A DNA stretch of 64,000 nt, from positions 256,001 to 320,000 of the forward strand of contig CBDDEL010000016.1 in NCBI GenBank assembly GCA_965226885.1, given 5' to 3'. A program made the position numbers and the translations under genes. Within the stretch, counting starts at the first letter, position 1. Every line of letters begins with the position of its first letter. Positions 44,908 to 54,989 of the stretch are shown in pieces. The notes under the pieces were generated by a model. That model was not told where the DNA came from. It worked only from the letters and a program-made list of their open reading frames with translations, and made no database searches. This DNA comes from Opitutales bacterium. GTDB taxonomy: Bacteria; Verrucomicrobiota; Verrucomicrobiia; Opitutales; UBA2987.

Positions 44908-47678
44908 TTATCGGGCCAATAATTTCTTTTCTAAGGCTATCGCATTTTGGTAGTGTATTAAGTAGGAATGGTGGCTAATTCTTGATTATATTGATGAATG
45001 AAAAGTCTCAGACAGGTTTCATGCATACTCTTAAGCTTGGAAAAGGAGAGGGTTTTGCGTGTGAAACGACCCAGTCGTTGGCGCAGGGTATTGTTCCATC
45101 GTTCCACATGGGCCGTTTCACCGGTTTCTTTTCCCACGGATCGGTTATGAGGAAAGACTTCATCATAAGTGCTCCAAAAGTCGCTGTAGGTGGCACATCT
45201 TTTGTAGGCCCGTGGCAGACGCTCGTAAAGTTCCCGGCAACGATACCACTCCCGAGGCCCAATGGCATAGGAGAGGATTTGACGGGTGCGTCGGCAAAGA
45301 GCGATCCAAACCCATTGGGCATCGCTCTTGCGCCCCACAAAAGACCACAGTTCGTCCAGTTCAATGACATCATGGCGGCGGGCCGCAAGAATCGTGCTTT
45401 TGAGCGGTCGCAGCGATTGTCGTTTTTTTTAACCAACTCAAAACGGTGTTGGGACTCACCCCGAAGGCGCGCTGTAAACCGCGTAGACTGCTGCGTTCCT
45501 GATAGACTCGAAGGATCATTTCTTTTTGCTCTTCGGTGTATTTCACTGTGGGGTTTTCGCGGCTTTGTTTACCACAATCATGGCAGCGGTAGCGCTGTTT
45601 ATGGTTGGGCGTCTTGCCAAATTTAATGATATTCTCACTTCCACAGTGCCGACAATTAATAATTTTAGTAACCATGCACTAAGAATAAACTGCCTAACGC
45701 TATTTGTACAGCTAAAAATACAAAATAACATTCTTTTTTTATACACTACCCGCATTTTTACTGCCAGGGTCAAGCTTTAATGATTGCTCCACCGCCGCCA
45801 GCGCTTCCCCCGTCCTGGCGGGATGGCGGCTCAGGAAATCGGCGTAATAATTCCAGGCGGCAACTTTGGTGGGCGCCAGCTCAATGGCCTGCAAAAAGTT
45901 TTTCTCGATTTCCGGGGTGCCCCCCCCTGCCCCGGCCAGTTGCTGGGCCATGCCAAGATAAGCGTAGGGCGCCCATTGCTGGTCGCTTATGGAGATGGCA
46001 TTTTCAGCGCAGAAGCGGGCTTTGTCAGCGATTTGCTGGATATTATCGGGGTCCAGGTAGTAGGTTTGCAAGACGACAAGGGCCAGGTCGCTCCAGGCCC
46101 AGCCATGCTCAGGATCCCAACGGATGGCCTCTTCGTATTTTTGAATCATTTTCTCAACATAATCGCGGTCGTCGCGATAGAGGGAAATATCCTCCAGGTA
46201 TTTTTCGCGCATGTCTTCGGCCTCAAGGTAGCGCCAGGAGGCCATAAAGGTGGTCGTTCCACGCGCAGCGAGCAAGCCTCCGCAAATAAGGCAAAGGCCG
46301 ATGTAGGATGCCAGGACGGGCTTGCCGCGAAGGCGAATCCCTTTCCATTTTTTATCGGTCGAGGAAACAACGATCAACCCCAGGTAGAGGGCAACCGTAA
46401 AAAGAAGAGCGGGTATCTCGAAGTGGAAATCCACAAACAAATGCAGGCCGAACCCGATAAAGGCAATCAACAGCCCCCCAGCATAACTTTGGAAAACGGC
46501 GTTATGCGCCTCTTCTGGCACGCCGTTTTGATCACCACCTTGAAAGGTTTTTTCCTCCACTGGGACCATCCTTTCCATAGGATCCGGAAACCGGGAATGT
46601 AGAATAATAAAAATCCCAGGATACCCAGATCGCTCAGGGTGTTGAGGTAGTCGTTGTGGGCATAAAGTGGAGAAATTTGGGCCTCCGGGATCCGGTATCG
46701 TTCAAATAAAAGCGGGTAACTGGCTGTTCCGCTGCCGAAAATGGGATGATCTTTGAAAATATCCCAACCCGCCTGCCACATCCATTTGCGGGTGGGTTCG
46801 CCCCGGCTCTCGATAAGTTGGTCCACCCGCAATTGCACCAGGTCCACCGTAAGGTAGAGGACCGTGGCCAATACCGCCGTTCCTATGCCCATGGCAGCCC
46901 AGCCGGCCAGCCGGTAACGCCAATTGCTGGTCAAAAAATAGGGGAAGCTGAGGAAGGCTGCGACTATGCCGATCCAGCCCCCACGGCTGCCCGAAGCAAC
47001 CAGTCCGGCCCCGAAGAGCAACCCGGCAAAACCGCACAGGATACGGGCAGCCAGGGAGAAACGGTTGGCGGCGGCGGCAAAAAGCAGAAAAGTGGAGAGC
47101 AATCCCATAAAAGCCCCGAAATGAGTGGGAGCCCCGAATGAACCGGATGCTCGGCCAATATATGAATATTGAAATCGGCCCATGGGCAGCCATTGGGGGT
47201 TTTCGACATGCTGGTAGCAGGCGACCAAAAAGGTCATCAAGCCGCTCAGAGAAATCAAGGTGATGAGCAGGAGGACCTGTTTTCGATTACGCAGGTGGTG
47301 GATCGCCACCCAGAAAATCACCCAGCCCTGACATAGCACGAGTAACTCCTGCCAGGCCCTCCAGGGCATGGGAGACAGGTAAACGGTTCGCAGCGCGGCA
47401 TAGCCGAGGAATGGCAAAAAAAGGAGCCCCTGCCCATGGATGCGGCGTGAGCCCGGCGGCCGCAGTAACATGAAAGCCCCATGCACGACCAACAAAACAC
47501 CCAGCATCCAGCTCTGCTCCAATTCCGCCTTGGGGTGATGCCCCCCGAGGTGATAAACCGCATAAGCAACGATCAACCCGAGCAGACAGGTGATGAACCA
47601 GTCTCCCCAATCGCTGATCGATAGATTCCCGGATTGGTCAATTCTGTCCAATCGGGACTGCCTTTTTTTCATTGGCAT
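44908..47678 (-). pseudogene. O-antigen ligase (Wzy_C)-family membrane protein with C-terminal TPRs (about 653 aa reconstructed)
   Basis: RASGSFG.P.HF, SGSRGGW, R..MW.AG..IF.DHP.FG.G, AHNDYL..LSDLG, H.FVDF; frameshift at C6 46474-46479; last 10 codons displaced by IS1. Confidence 0.78.
44949..45750 (-). mobile_element. IS1-family element, type B, copy 2 (802 bp)
   Basis: Near-identical to 17226-18027 (at least 4 SNPs), opposite orientation; perfect TSD CGCATTTT. Confidence 0.93.
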
Positions 47679-47689
47679 TGATTGTGCTT
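47672..47689 (+). promoter_or_regulatory. candidate sigma54 (-24/-12) promoter for glnA
   Basis: TTGGCATTGATTGTGCTT with GG-N10-GC spacing, about 175 nt upstream of glnA. Confidence 0.4.
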
Positions 47690-47861
47690 TTGGTAAAGGC
47701 TTACTACATTCAATAACAAAACAACGGAGGAATAATGGTGCAATTACCATTAGCCGCCATTTTAATAGTCCATATCAAGCAAAATAGAGGCAGGTGCATT
47801 ATTTCATAAATGCCCTCCTCGCACAATCTGATCCACACCCTAAAAAGGAAAGCAAGTAAGT

Positions 47862-49271
47862 ATGACCCCAAAAGAAGTAATCGCCTTGAGTAAAGAAAAG
47901 GAGGTCAAAATGGTTGATCTCAAATTTTGCGACATTCACGGAGCGTGGCAGCATTTCACGGTACCGGTCAGTGAATTAACCGAAGACATCTTTGCCGAGG
48001 GGCTTGGTTTTGACGGCTCCTCCATTCGCGGCTGGAAGGGCATCGAAGCCTCCGACATGCTCGTCCTGCCCGATGCCACCACCGCTTTTATCGATCCATT
48101 TGTGGAAGCCACCACCCTGAGCCTGATTTGCGATATCGAAGAACCCATCACACGCGAGCCCTACAATCGCTCGCCCCGCGGGATTGCCAGAAAAGCAGGC
48201 GACTACCTGCGCTCGACCGGCATGGCAGACACCGCCTATTTCGGCCCCGAAGCGGAGTTCTTCATCTTCGACGATGTGCGTTATGGCACCGAATCCAATG
48301 AATCCTTTTACTCGGTCGATTCGGTCGAGGGCATCTGGAATACGGGGCGGGACGAATCCCCCAACCAGGCTTATAAAATACGCCTCAAGGAAGGCTATTT
48401 GCCCGTTCCCCCAGGCGATCAAAGCATGGACCTGCGCAACGAGATGGTCCTGACCATGATCGACCTGGGCATTGATGTGGAGGCCCAGCACCACGAAGTG
48501 GCCACCGGCGGCCAGGCCGAAATCGACCTGCGGTTCAAAACTTTGCTGACCATGGCCGACCACCTCTCCCTCTATAAGTATGTGGTCAAAAATGTGGCCT
48601 TCAGAAACGGCAAGACGGCTACCTTCATGCCCAAACCGATATTTGGCGACAACGGCTCCGGCATGCATATCCATTCCTCCCTTTGGAGAGACGGCCAGCC
48701 CTTGTTTGCCGGCGATGGCTACGCCGGTTTAAGCCAGGAAGCCATTTGGTACATCGGCGGCCTGCTCAAACACGCACCCGCCCTGTGCGCTATTTGCAAT
48801 CCCACCGTAAACAGTTACAAACGCCTCGTGCCCGGCTTCGAGGCTCCGGTCATCCTGGCCTACTCGGCCCGCAACCGATCGGCCATTTGCCGCATCCCGA
48901 CCTACAGCCCCAGCCCCAAGGCCAAGCGGATCGAATTTCGCTGCCCGGACCCCTCCAGTAATCCTTACCTGGCTTTTCCAGCTCTCCTCATGGCCGGTCT
49001 GGACGGCATCGAAAACAAGATCGATCCGGGTGAGGCGATGGACAAGAATCTTTACGACCTGCCCCCGGAGGAGGCGACCAACCTGCAATACGTTCCCGAT
49101 TCCCTGAGCGGCTCCCTTGAAGCGTTGGCAGCGGATCGCGACTTTCTGCAAAAGGGCGATGTTTTTACCGAGGATTTTATCGATAATTACATCGAGCTTA
49201 AGATGGCGGAATACGACGAAGTGCGGCTACGCACCCACCCCTACGAATACTTTCTCTATTATGACGTTTGA
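47862..49271 (+). CDS. glnA: type I glutamine synthetase
   Basis: [48 protein letters not shown], adenylylation site NLYDLP. Confidence 0.98.
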   Translation: MTPKEVIALSKEKEVKMVDLKFCDIHGAWQHFTVPVSELTEDIFAEGLGFDGSSIRGWKGIEASDMLVLPDATTAFIDPFVEATTLSLICDIEEPITREPYNRSPRGIARKAGDYLRSTGMADTAYFGPEAEFFIFDDVRYGTESNESFYSVDSVEGIWNTGRDESPNQAYKIRLKEGYLPVPPGDQSMDLRNEMVLTMIDLGIDVEAQHHEVATGGQAEIDLRFKTLLTMADHLSLYKYVVKNVAFRNGKTATFMPKPIFGDNGSGMHIHSSLWRDGQPLFAGDGYAGLSQEAIWYIGGLLKHAPALCAICNPTVNSYKRLVPGFEAPVILAYSARNRSAICRIPTYSPSPKAKRIEFRCPDPSSNPYLAFPALLMAGLDGIENKIDPGEAMDKNLYDLPPEEATNLQYVPDSLSGSLEALAADRDFLQKGDVFTEDFIDNYIELKMAEYDEVRLRTHPYEYFLYYDV

Positions 49272-49297
49272 GAAACCGTCGCATAGACGCTAGGACT

Positions 49298-49337
49298 AAA
49301 ACGGTGGTGTTTCCATGGAAGCGCCGCCGTTTTTTTT
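49298..49337 (+). terminator. intrinsic terminator after glnA (possibly bidirectional)
   Basis: AAAACGGTGGTGTTTCC-AT-GGAAGCGCCGCCG-T8 hairpin between convergent genes. Confidence 0.8.
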
Positions 49338-49399
49338 GACCATCCCGAATTCGCTGATGGCGATATTTGGAGAGTAAACTCCGGCCTGGTGCCCAACTC

Positions 49400-50707
49400 T
49401 TAACCGAGGATGGTTCCGGCCACGGTAGCGTTGATAAGGGTGGCAATGGTGGCCCCGGCGAGCGCATAGAGCACATACCGGGCGCAGTTTTCGCGTTGGC
49501 CGGGGGCCAGTGTGGAAATGCCCCCGATAATAATTCCACAAGATGTAAAGTGAGCGAAGCCGCACAAAGCGAAGGTGGAAATGAAAATGGCTTTGGGATT
49601 AGTCAGAACGCCGTTGGCAATCATATCGCCCAATGCCAGGTAGGCCACGAACTCTGTCACGGCCAGCCTTTCCCCGAGGAGTCTTCCCACCAGCAAGGCA
49701 TTTTCGAGGTCCACCCCGGCCAGCCAGGCCACGGGGAAAAATATGAGGGCAAAAACAAATTGCAGGGTCAGCCCCTCGAAATTGCCGTCGGTTTTCGAGA
49801 CGATCAATTCGTTCAAACCGGTCCAGCCGCCGAGCAGGTTGAGCATGAGGTAATTGACCATGTGAATGAGGGAGATGAAGACGATGAGCAGCGCCGTAAC
49901 GGTTACGGCCAGCTTGACGCCTTGGGTAACTCCGTTGGTCAAGGCGTCGAAAAAATTCACCCCGATCGACTCGCGGGAGACCTTTAAATCGCGGTTGATC
50001 TCCTCCCTTTCCGGGTAAATTATTTTGGAAACGACGATGGCGATGGGAGCCGCCATAATGGAAGCCGTGATGAGGAATTTGCCCGCCTGAACGGTTTTTT
50101 CGTGGTCCCCGCCGCCCACGATGGTCATATAGATCCCCAGGATGGTCCCGGACATGGTAGCCATGCCGACGGTCATCAAACAAACGATTTCCGAACGGGT
50201 CATACGCTCCAGATAAGGCCGCACGACCAGGGGCGCTTCCGTATAACCGATGAACACATTGGCCGCCGCGGAAAGGGTTTCAGCGCCGGAGAGCTTCATC
50301 GTGCGGTGCATGACCCAGGCAAAAACGTATACGATTTTTTGCAGAATACCGAGGTAGTAGAGGATCGAACTGAGGGTGGCGAAAAAGATGATGGACGGCA
50401 TGACGCGAAACCCAAGGGTCGCCTCATGTATGTTTTCCGGATCGTTGGCCAGCTCGCCGAAAAGGAAACTGGAACCGACCAGGGAAAAATCCAGCACCAG
50501 TTTGAATAAGATCGCCACCCCTCCCACGCAGGTCTCCACCAACGGGATTTTGAGCATGACAAATGCGAGGACCAACTGAATCAAAATGCCGGAACCGACC
50601 AAACGCCAGTTGATGCTGCGGCGGTCCACACTCAGCCCGTAGCAGATCAGGAAAAAAACAAAAACGCCGAGCAACCCGTGAAGAACATTTACTACAATTT
50701 CTTCCAC
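49400..50707 (-). CDS. concentrative nucleoside transporter (CNT/NupC), divergent paralogue
   Basis: I.FF..L.S.LYYLG.LQ, SGAE.L..AANVFIG.TEAP...RPYL, EFVAY, ALCGFA. Confidence 0.9.
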   Translation of the reverse strand: MEEIVVNVLHGLLGVFVFFLICYGLSVDRRSINWRLVGSGILIQLVLAFVMLKIPLVETCVGGVAILFKLVLDFSLVGSSFLFGELANDPENIHEATLGFRVMPSIIFFATLSSILYYLGILQKIVYVFAWVMHRTMKLSGAETLSAAANVFIGYTEAPLVVRPYLERMTRSEIVCLMTVGMATMSGTILGIYMTIVGGGDHEKTVQAGKFLITASIMAAPIAIVVSKIIYPEREEINRDLKVSRESIGVNFFDALTNGVTQGVKLAVTVTALLIVFISLIHMVNYLMLNLLGGWTGLNELIVSKTDGNFEGLTLQFVFALIFFPVAWLAGVDLENALLVGRLLGERLAVTEFVAYLALGDMIANGVLTNPKAIFISTFALCGFAHFTSCGIIIGGISTLAPGQRENCARYVLYALAGATIATLINATVAGTILG

Positions 50708-50748
50708 GGTTCTTGCGGTTGGATGGTGCCTGCGTGAAATTTATGGCT

Positions 50749-52047
50749 TCAGGAAATGGCGCCTGCGATGGAGGCGGTCATAAGAGTGGCGCAGGTTCCC
50801 CCCACCACGGCGCGAAAGGCCAATTTCGCCAGATTTGATCTTTGGCCCGGAGCGAGTACGGAAATACCGCCGATCTGAATGCCCATGCTGGTAAAACTGG
50901 CAAAACCGCAAAGGGCATAAGTCGAAATGAGGATGGCTTTGGCATCGACCAGGTGCCCCGCTACGATAAAATTCCTCATCGACAGGTAGGCCACGAACTC
51001 ATTGAGCGCCAGCTTTTCCCCAAATAGCTGCCCCACAACCATCAAACTGCCCGGTTCCACTCCGACCAGAAAAGCGACCGGAGCAAAAAGTATCCCGAAA
51101 ACGAATTTCAGCGTCAACCCATCGAAAACGCCATCTGTGCTGTTTGAAATGAGAGCGTTTAACCCTGTCCAGGAGCCGATCCACTCCTTGGTCATGAAAT
51201 CCAGCATGGCCATGAGGGCGAGAAAAACGAGAACGATAGCCCCCACATTGACGGCCAGCCGCACACCCTGGGTGGTGCCGCTCGTTACCGCGTCGAAAAC
51301 ATTGATGCCGATGGACTCCTTGGCCACCTTCAAGTCGGTATCGATCTTCTCTCGCTCCGGGTAAAGCATTTTGGCGCAAATAATGGCGCCGGGGGCAGCC
51401 ATGATGGAGGCGCTGATGAGGTGCTTGCCGACCTCGATTTTTTTGGCCACATCGTCTCCCCCCAGAATTTCCATATAGGCGACCAGCACCGCGCCCGCTA
51501 TGGTAGCAAAACCGCCCGTCATCAGGCAGACGAGTTCCGAACGGGTCATGCGCTCCAGATAAGGCCGGATAACGAGCGGGGCCTCCGTTTGCCCGATGAA
51601 CACGTTGGCCGCGCAAGCCAGGCTTTCGGCCCCGGAAAGCCTCATGGTCTTATGCATGATCCAGGCAAATACGTAAACGATCCGCTGCAAGAGGCCCAAA
51701 TAATAGAGCAATGAACTCAAGGCGGAGAAAAAAACGATGGAAGGCAGCACCCGGAATGCGAATTGAGCCCCGTAAGAACTATCGGTCGGCAATTTCCCGA
51801 AAATGAATTCGGAACCTACCACCGAAAATCCCAATAAACTGACAAAAAATCTCGATACACCATCAATTACAGTGCTGACCCCGGGAACTTTGATGACGAG
51901 CACGGCAATGGCCAATTGCAGTAAAAATCCTCCGCGTACCAATCGCCAGTTGATATTCTTGCGGTCCTTGCTGAAATAATAAAGGAACGCATATATTCCG
52001 ACCAAACCGATTACACCGCGAAGTAAATTATACGCAATTTCACCCAT
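50749..52047 (-). CDS. nupC: concentrative nucleoside transporter (CNT/NupC)
   Basis: ANVFIGQTEAP, GGFATIAG, NEFVAY, YALCGFA.F.S.GIQIGG. Confidence 0.92.
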   Translation of the reverse strand: MGEIAYNLLRGVIGLVGIYAFLYYFSKDRKNINWRLVRGGFLLQLAIAVLVIKVPGVSTVIDGVSRFFVSLLGFSVVGSEFIFGKLPTDSSYGAQFAFRVLPSIVFFSALSSLLYYLGLLQRIVYVFAWIMHKTMRLSGAESLACAANVFIGQTEAPLVIRPYLERMTRSELVCLMTGGFATIAGAVLVAYMEILGGDDVAKKIEVGKHLISASIMAAPGAIICAKMLYPEREKIDTDLKVAKESIGINVFDAVTSGTTQGVRLAVNVGAIVLVFLALMAMLDFMTKEWIGSWTGLNALISNSTDGVFDGLTLKFVFGILFAPVAFLVGVEPGSLMVVGQLFGEKLALNEFVAYLSMRNFIVAGHLVDAKAILISTYALCGFASFTSMGIQIGGISVLAPGQRSNLAKLAFRAVVGGTCATLMTASIAGAIS

Positions 52048-52124
52048 ACAGGCAGAGGTTGCACAAAGTTCAAACGATGCACAACCAAAACTTTTTGCCC
52101 TTCCGGTCCTACCTCACGGTCTTC

Positions 52125-54977
52125 TTATTTAAGGAGGCTTTTGATATCTGCCAAACTGACTTTCGATGCCGCAACGGCGCTCTCGTCCAGTAAGTCGCGT
52201 AAGAGCGCCAACTTGGATTGCTGCATTTCCAGCACTTTTTCTTCAATGGACTGCGCCGCGATCAGTTTTATGTTGGTGACCACTTTTTTCTGCCCAATGC
52301 GGTGGGCGCGGTCGGTTGCCTGGAGTTCCACGGCGGGGTTCCACCAGGGATCGAAGTGCACAACGGTATCCGCGCCAGTGAGATTGAGTCCCGTGCCGCC
52401 CGCTTTGAGGGAAATCAGAAAAACCGGAATACTTTCGTCATTGTTAAACCGGTCGCAAACATTCTGCCGATTGCGCGTCTGCCCATCGAGGTAGCAATAG
52501 GCGTGGCCGCGTTCCTCAAGCGCCTCGCGGATAAAATTCAATACGGTGACGAATTGAGAAAATAAGAGGATGCGATGCCGGTCATCCAGCGCTTCATCGA
52601 GGATTTCGAGAAACGCGCCCAGTTTGGCCGATTCTTCGCTTTTGAATTTTTGTTTTAGCAGACGCGGTTCTGCACAAATTTGCCGCAGCCGGAGGAGATG
52701 CGTCAATGCGGTCATCCGCAATTTTCCTTCTCCCGCGCCGGACATCTCCATATTAAAAATTTCCTCGCGCGCCTTTGTCGTGAAATCATCATACAATCGC
52801 CGCTGGTCTGTTTCCATACGGCAGTAAACCACCTGTTCGATCTTCTCAGGCAATTCCGGGGCAACCTGGGCTTTGGTCCTTCTCAGGATATAAGGCAATG
52901 CCTGCTGCCGATGTCTTTCGCGGTACCAGGCACGTTCATCAAGGCTCGCGTGCGAGGGCAGCTTGGCCAGGTAGCCGGGCAATATGAATTCGATCAACGA
53001 CCTCAGGTCGTCGAGACTGTTTTCAATCGGTGTGCCTGTCAGAACAAAGCGAACGCCCGCCCGCAGGCTTCTTAGAGCTCGCGCATTGCGTGTGCGTCGA
53101 TTCTTGATATGCTGGGCTTCGTCCGCAACTACACCTTGAAACTCGACCGTTTGAAATAATTGCAGATCTCTTACCAGCGTGCCGTAGGAGGTGATCGTCA
53201 GGTCATAGTGATCGAACGCGGTGGCATCTTTCAACCGGCCGCTCCCATGATGCACAAATACTTTCAGCCATGGAGTAAACCTTGCCGCCTCCCGACGCCA
53301 GTTCTCTAAAAGGCTGGCGGGACATACTACCAGACAAGTCTTCTTATCCGCATTAGCCTTTTGCAGACTCGCCAGCAAAGCCAACGCCTGGATGGTCTTG
53401 CCCAAGCCCATTTCATCGGCCAATATTCCCCCCAGGCCGCTTTTGAAGAGGTGGTGCATCCAGGCAACCCCTATGCGTTGATAGCCGCGTAGTTGGTCGT
53501 CCAGGTCATTGTCGATCGGGGCCGGCCGCAGATGAGCTACGCATTTCAGGGCGGCGCTGCGTTTCTTCCATGTTTCGGGTGTGGTGATGGAATCCGCAAG
53601 AGGTTCGAACAGTTCTTCGGCGTCGCGCAAAGATGTGGAATCCAGCCGTTGACGATAACGGGTCGAAAAAGTTCGGCGGGAGTCGCCGCTCAAGGAACGC
53701 TGAGCTTGCCCGAAAAGTTCAAGTTTCGATGGTTCCAGCAGGTAAATCGCCTCGCCGTCCGACACATAGGATTGCCCCTTTTCAACCGCCTGCCTCAATG
53801 CCTCCTCATCGGCGCCCCCCGCCTCAAGTCTGGCTTCCAGGACAAACCCTTCGTCAATCTCCCTGGCTTCCGCAATAATGTTTCCATATCGGAGATGGGT
53901 AGTTCTGGTCTTGAAATTGTCTGTCAACTTTGCCTGAAAATCACTTTTCAGAACCTCCAGGTATTTGGCCAGGAAACTCAGGGTCTTGTGCCTATCCCGC
54001 AACCACCATTTTCGATTGGAAGGTTCAAGCACAAAACCGTTTGCTTTAAGGAGGTCGAGCACGTCCGGGTATTCCTGGCTTTCGCGCGAAGGTAGCGTAA
54101 TGGCCAGGTATTGCGTCGAACCATCCACGACCATGCGAGTCAGGCCGGCGGCTCGCGGCGTGAAAGATAGCCTCTGTTTAACCTTTTCGGGCGCCTGTTC
54201 AGGTTCATTTGCGCTCTCTTCCTCTGCGGTGAGAAATTCATGAACTCCCGGTAACGCCTCGCCATCCCAACTCAATGAGGTCTGTGGCTTATTAATCCAA
54301 AAAACCACGGGCAGACCGGCCAAGCTGTTTAAAAGGTCTTGCAGTTGAGCGCGCTTGAGTTGCAAGAGCCCGTAGAGTCGTCCTGCGCACCATTTTTCAA
54401 CCAGGGCGGCGGCTTCGTAAAAGCCCTTTTCGAGACGATAAGCACGCCCCCGGTCTAGTTTCTCGGGAGCCATCTGCTTGTGGTCAAGAACCGCCTCGAG
54501 TTTGACCATGATGGCATCCCGCTCGGCCACGGCAGATAAGTTGGGAGGCAGGTAGAGGTTGAAACGCAATTCCATCCATTCCATCCCTTTGCCTTCGGAG
54601 ATCACCAGTGAACGCACCTCCAAGGCCGCCTCGGCAACCTCTTCAATTTCGCTCTTTTGGTCTTCATCAGCTGATTCCGCTGCCTCGATTTTATGGATGC
54701 AGAGGGCAATGGCATGGGCACAAATCATTCCCTGCTGACCTTTGCGGCAATTGCATTTATTTTCAGCGAAGGTAACCGATATCAGATTAAGTCGAGGAAA
54801 GTATTTTACGCCGCCCATCTGAATCATCCCTTTGAGGATGGGCGCTTCCCAAACACATTCCTTTATCACCTTGGCCTCCACCAGTCCACGGGCTTCCTTG
54901 AGAACGGCCCAGCCGCCAAGGTCCACCAGGTCGCCCTTTTTGAGTTCGGGGAAAGGCCGTTCAGCTTCCACTGTCAT
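52125..54977 (-). CDS. SWIM-domain SNF2-family helicase
   Basis: CNC...C.H SWIM motif; LADEMGLGKT, DEAQ, TGTPIEN, LFSQF, GLNLT.AD, DPWWNPA, DRAHRIGQ. Confidence 0.93.
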   Translation of the reverse strand: MTVEAERPFPELKKGDLVDLGGWAVLKEARGLVEAKVIKECVWEAPILKGMIQMGGVKYFPRLNLISVTFAENKCNCRKGQQGMICAHAIALCIHKIEAAESADEDQKSEIEEVAEAALEVRSLVISEGKGMEWMELRFNLYLPPNLSAVAERDAIMVKLEAVLDHKQMAPEKLDRGRAYRLEKGFYEAAALVEKWCAGRLYGLLQLKRAQLQDLLNSLAGLPVVFWINKPQTSLSWDGEALPGVHEFLTAEEESANEPEQAPEKVKQRLSFTPRAAGLTRMVVDGSTQYLAITLPSRESQEYPDVLDLLKANGFVLEPSNRKWWLRDRHKTLSFLAKYLEVLKSDFQAKLTDNFKTRTTHLRYGNIIAEAREIDEGFVLEARLEAGGADEEALRQAVEKGQSYVSDGEAIYLLEPSKLELFGQAQRSLSGDSRRTFSTRYRQRLDSTSLRDAEELFEPLADSITTPETWKKRSAALKCVAHLRPAPIDNDLDDQLRGYQRIGVAWMHHLFKSGLGGILADEMGLGKTIQALALLASLQKANADKKTCLVVCPASLLENWRREAARFTPWLKVFVHHGSGRLKDATAFDHYDLTITSYGTLVRDLQLFQTVEFQGVVADEAQHIKNRRTRNARALRSLRAGVRFVLTGTPIENSLDDLRSLIEFILPGYLAKLPSHASLDERAWYRERHRQQALPYILRRTKAQVAPELPEKIEQVVYCRMETDQRRLYDDFTTKAREEIFNMEMSGAGEGKLRMTALTHLLRLRQICAEPRLLKQKFKSEESAKLGAFLEILDEALDDRHRILLFSQFVTVLNFIREALEERGHAYCYLDGQTRNRQNVCDRFNNDESIPVFLISLKAGGTGLNLTGADTVVHFDPWWNPAVELQATDRAHRIGQKKVVTNIKLIAAQSIEEKVLEMQQSKLALLRDLLDESAVAASKVSLADIKSLLK

Positions 54978-54989
54978 AACGGGCGAAGC

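Noticed and set aside
17226..45750. Inversion between the two oppositely oriented IS1 type B copies
   Set aside because: Each copy retains its own matching TSD, so no recombination between them has occurred.
52125..54977. SNF2 helicase as part of an anti-phage system
   Set aside because: Ordinary SWIM-SNF2 architecture with no methylase, nuclease or other defence neighbours.
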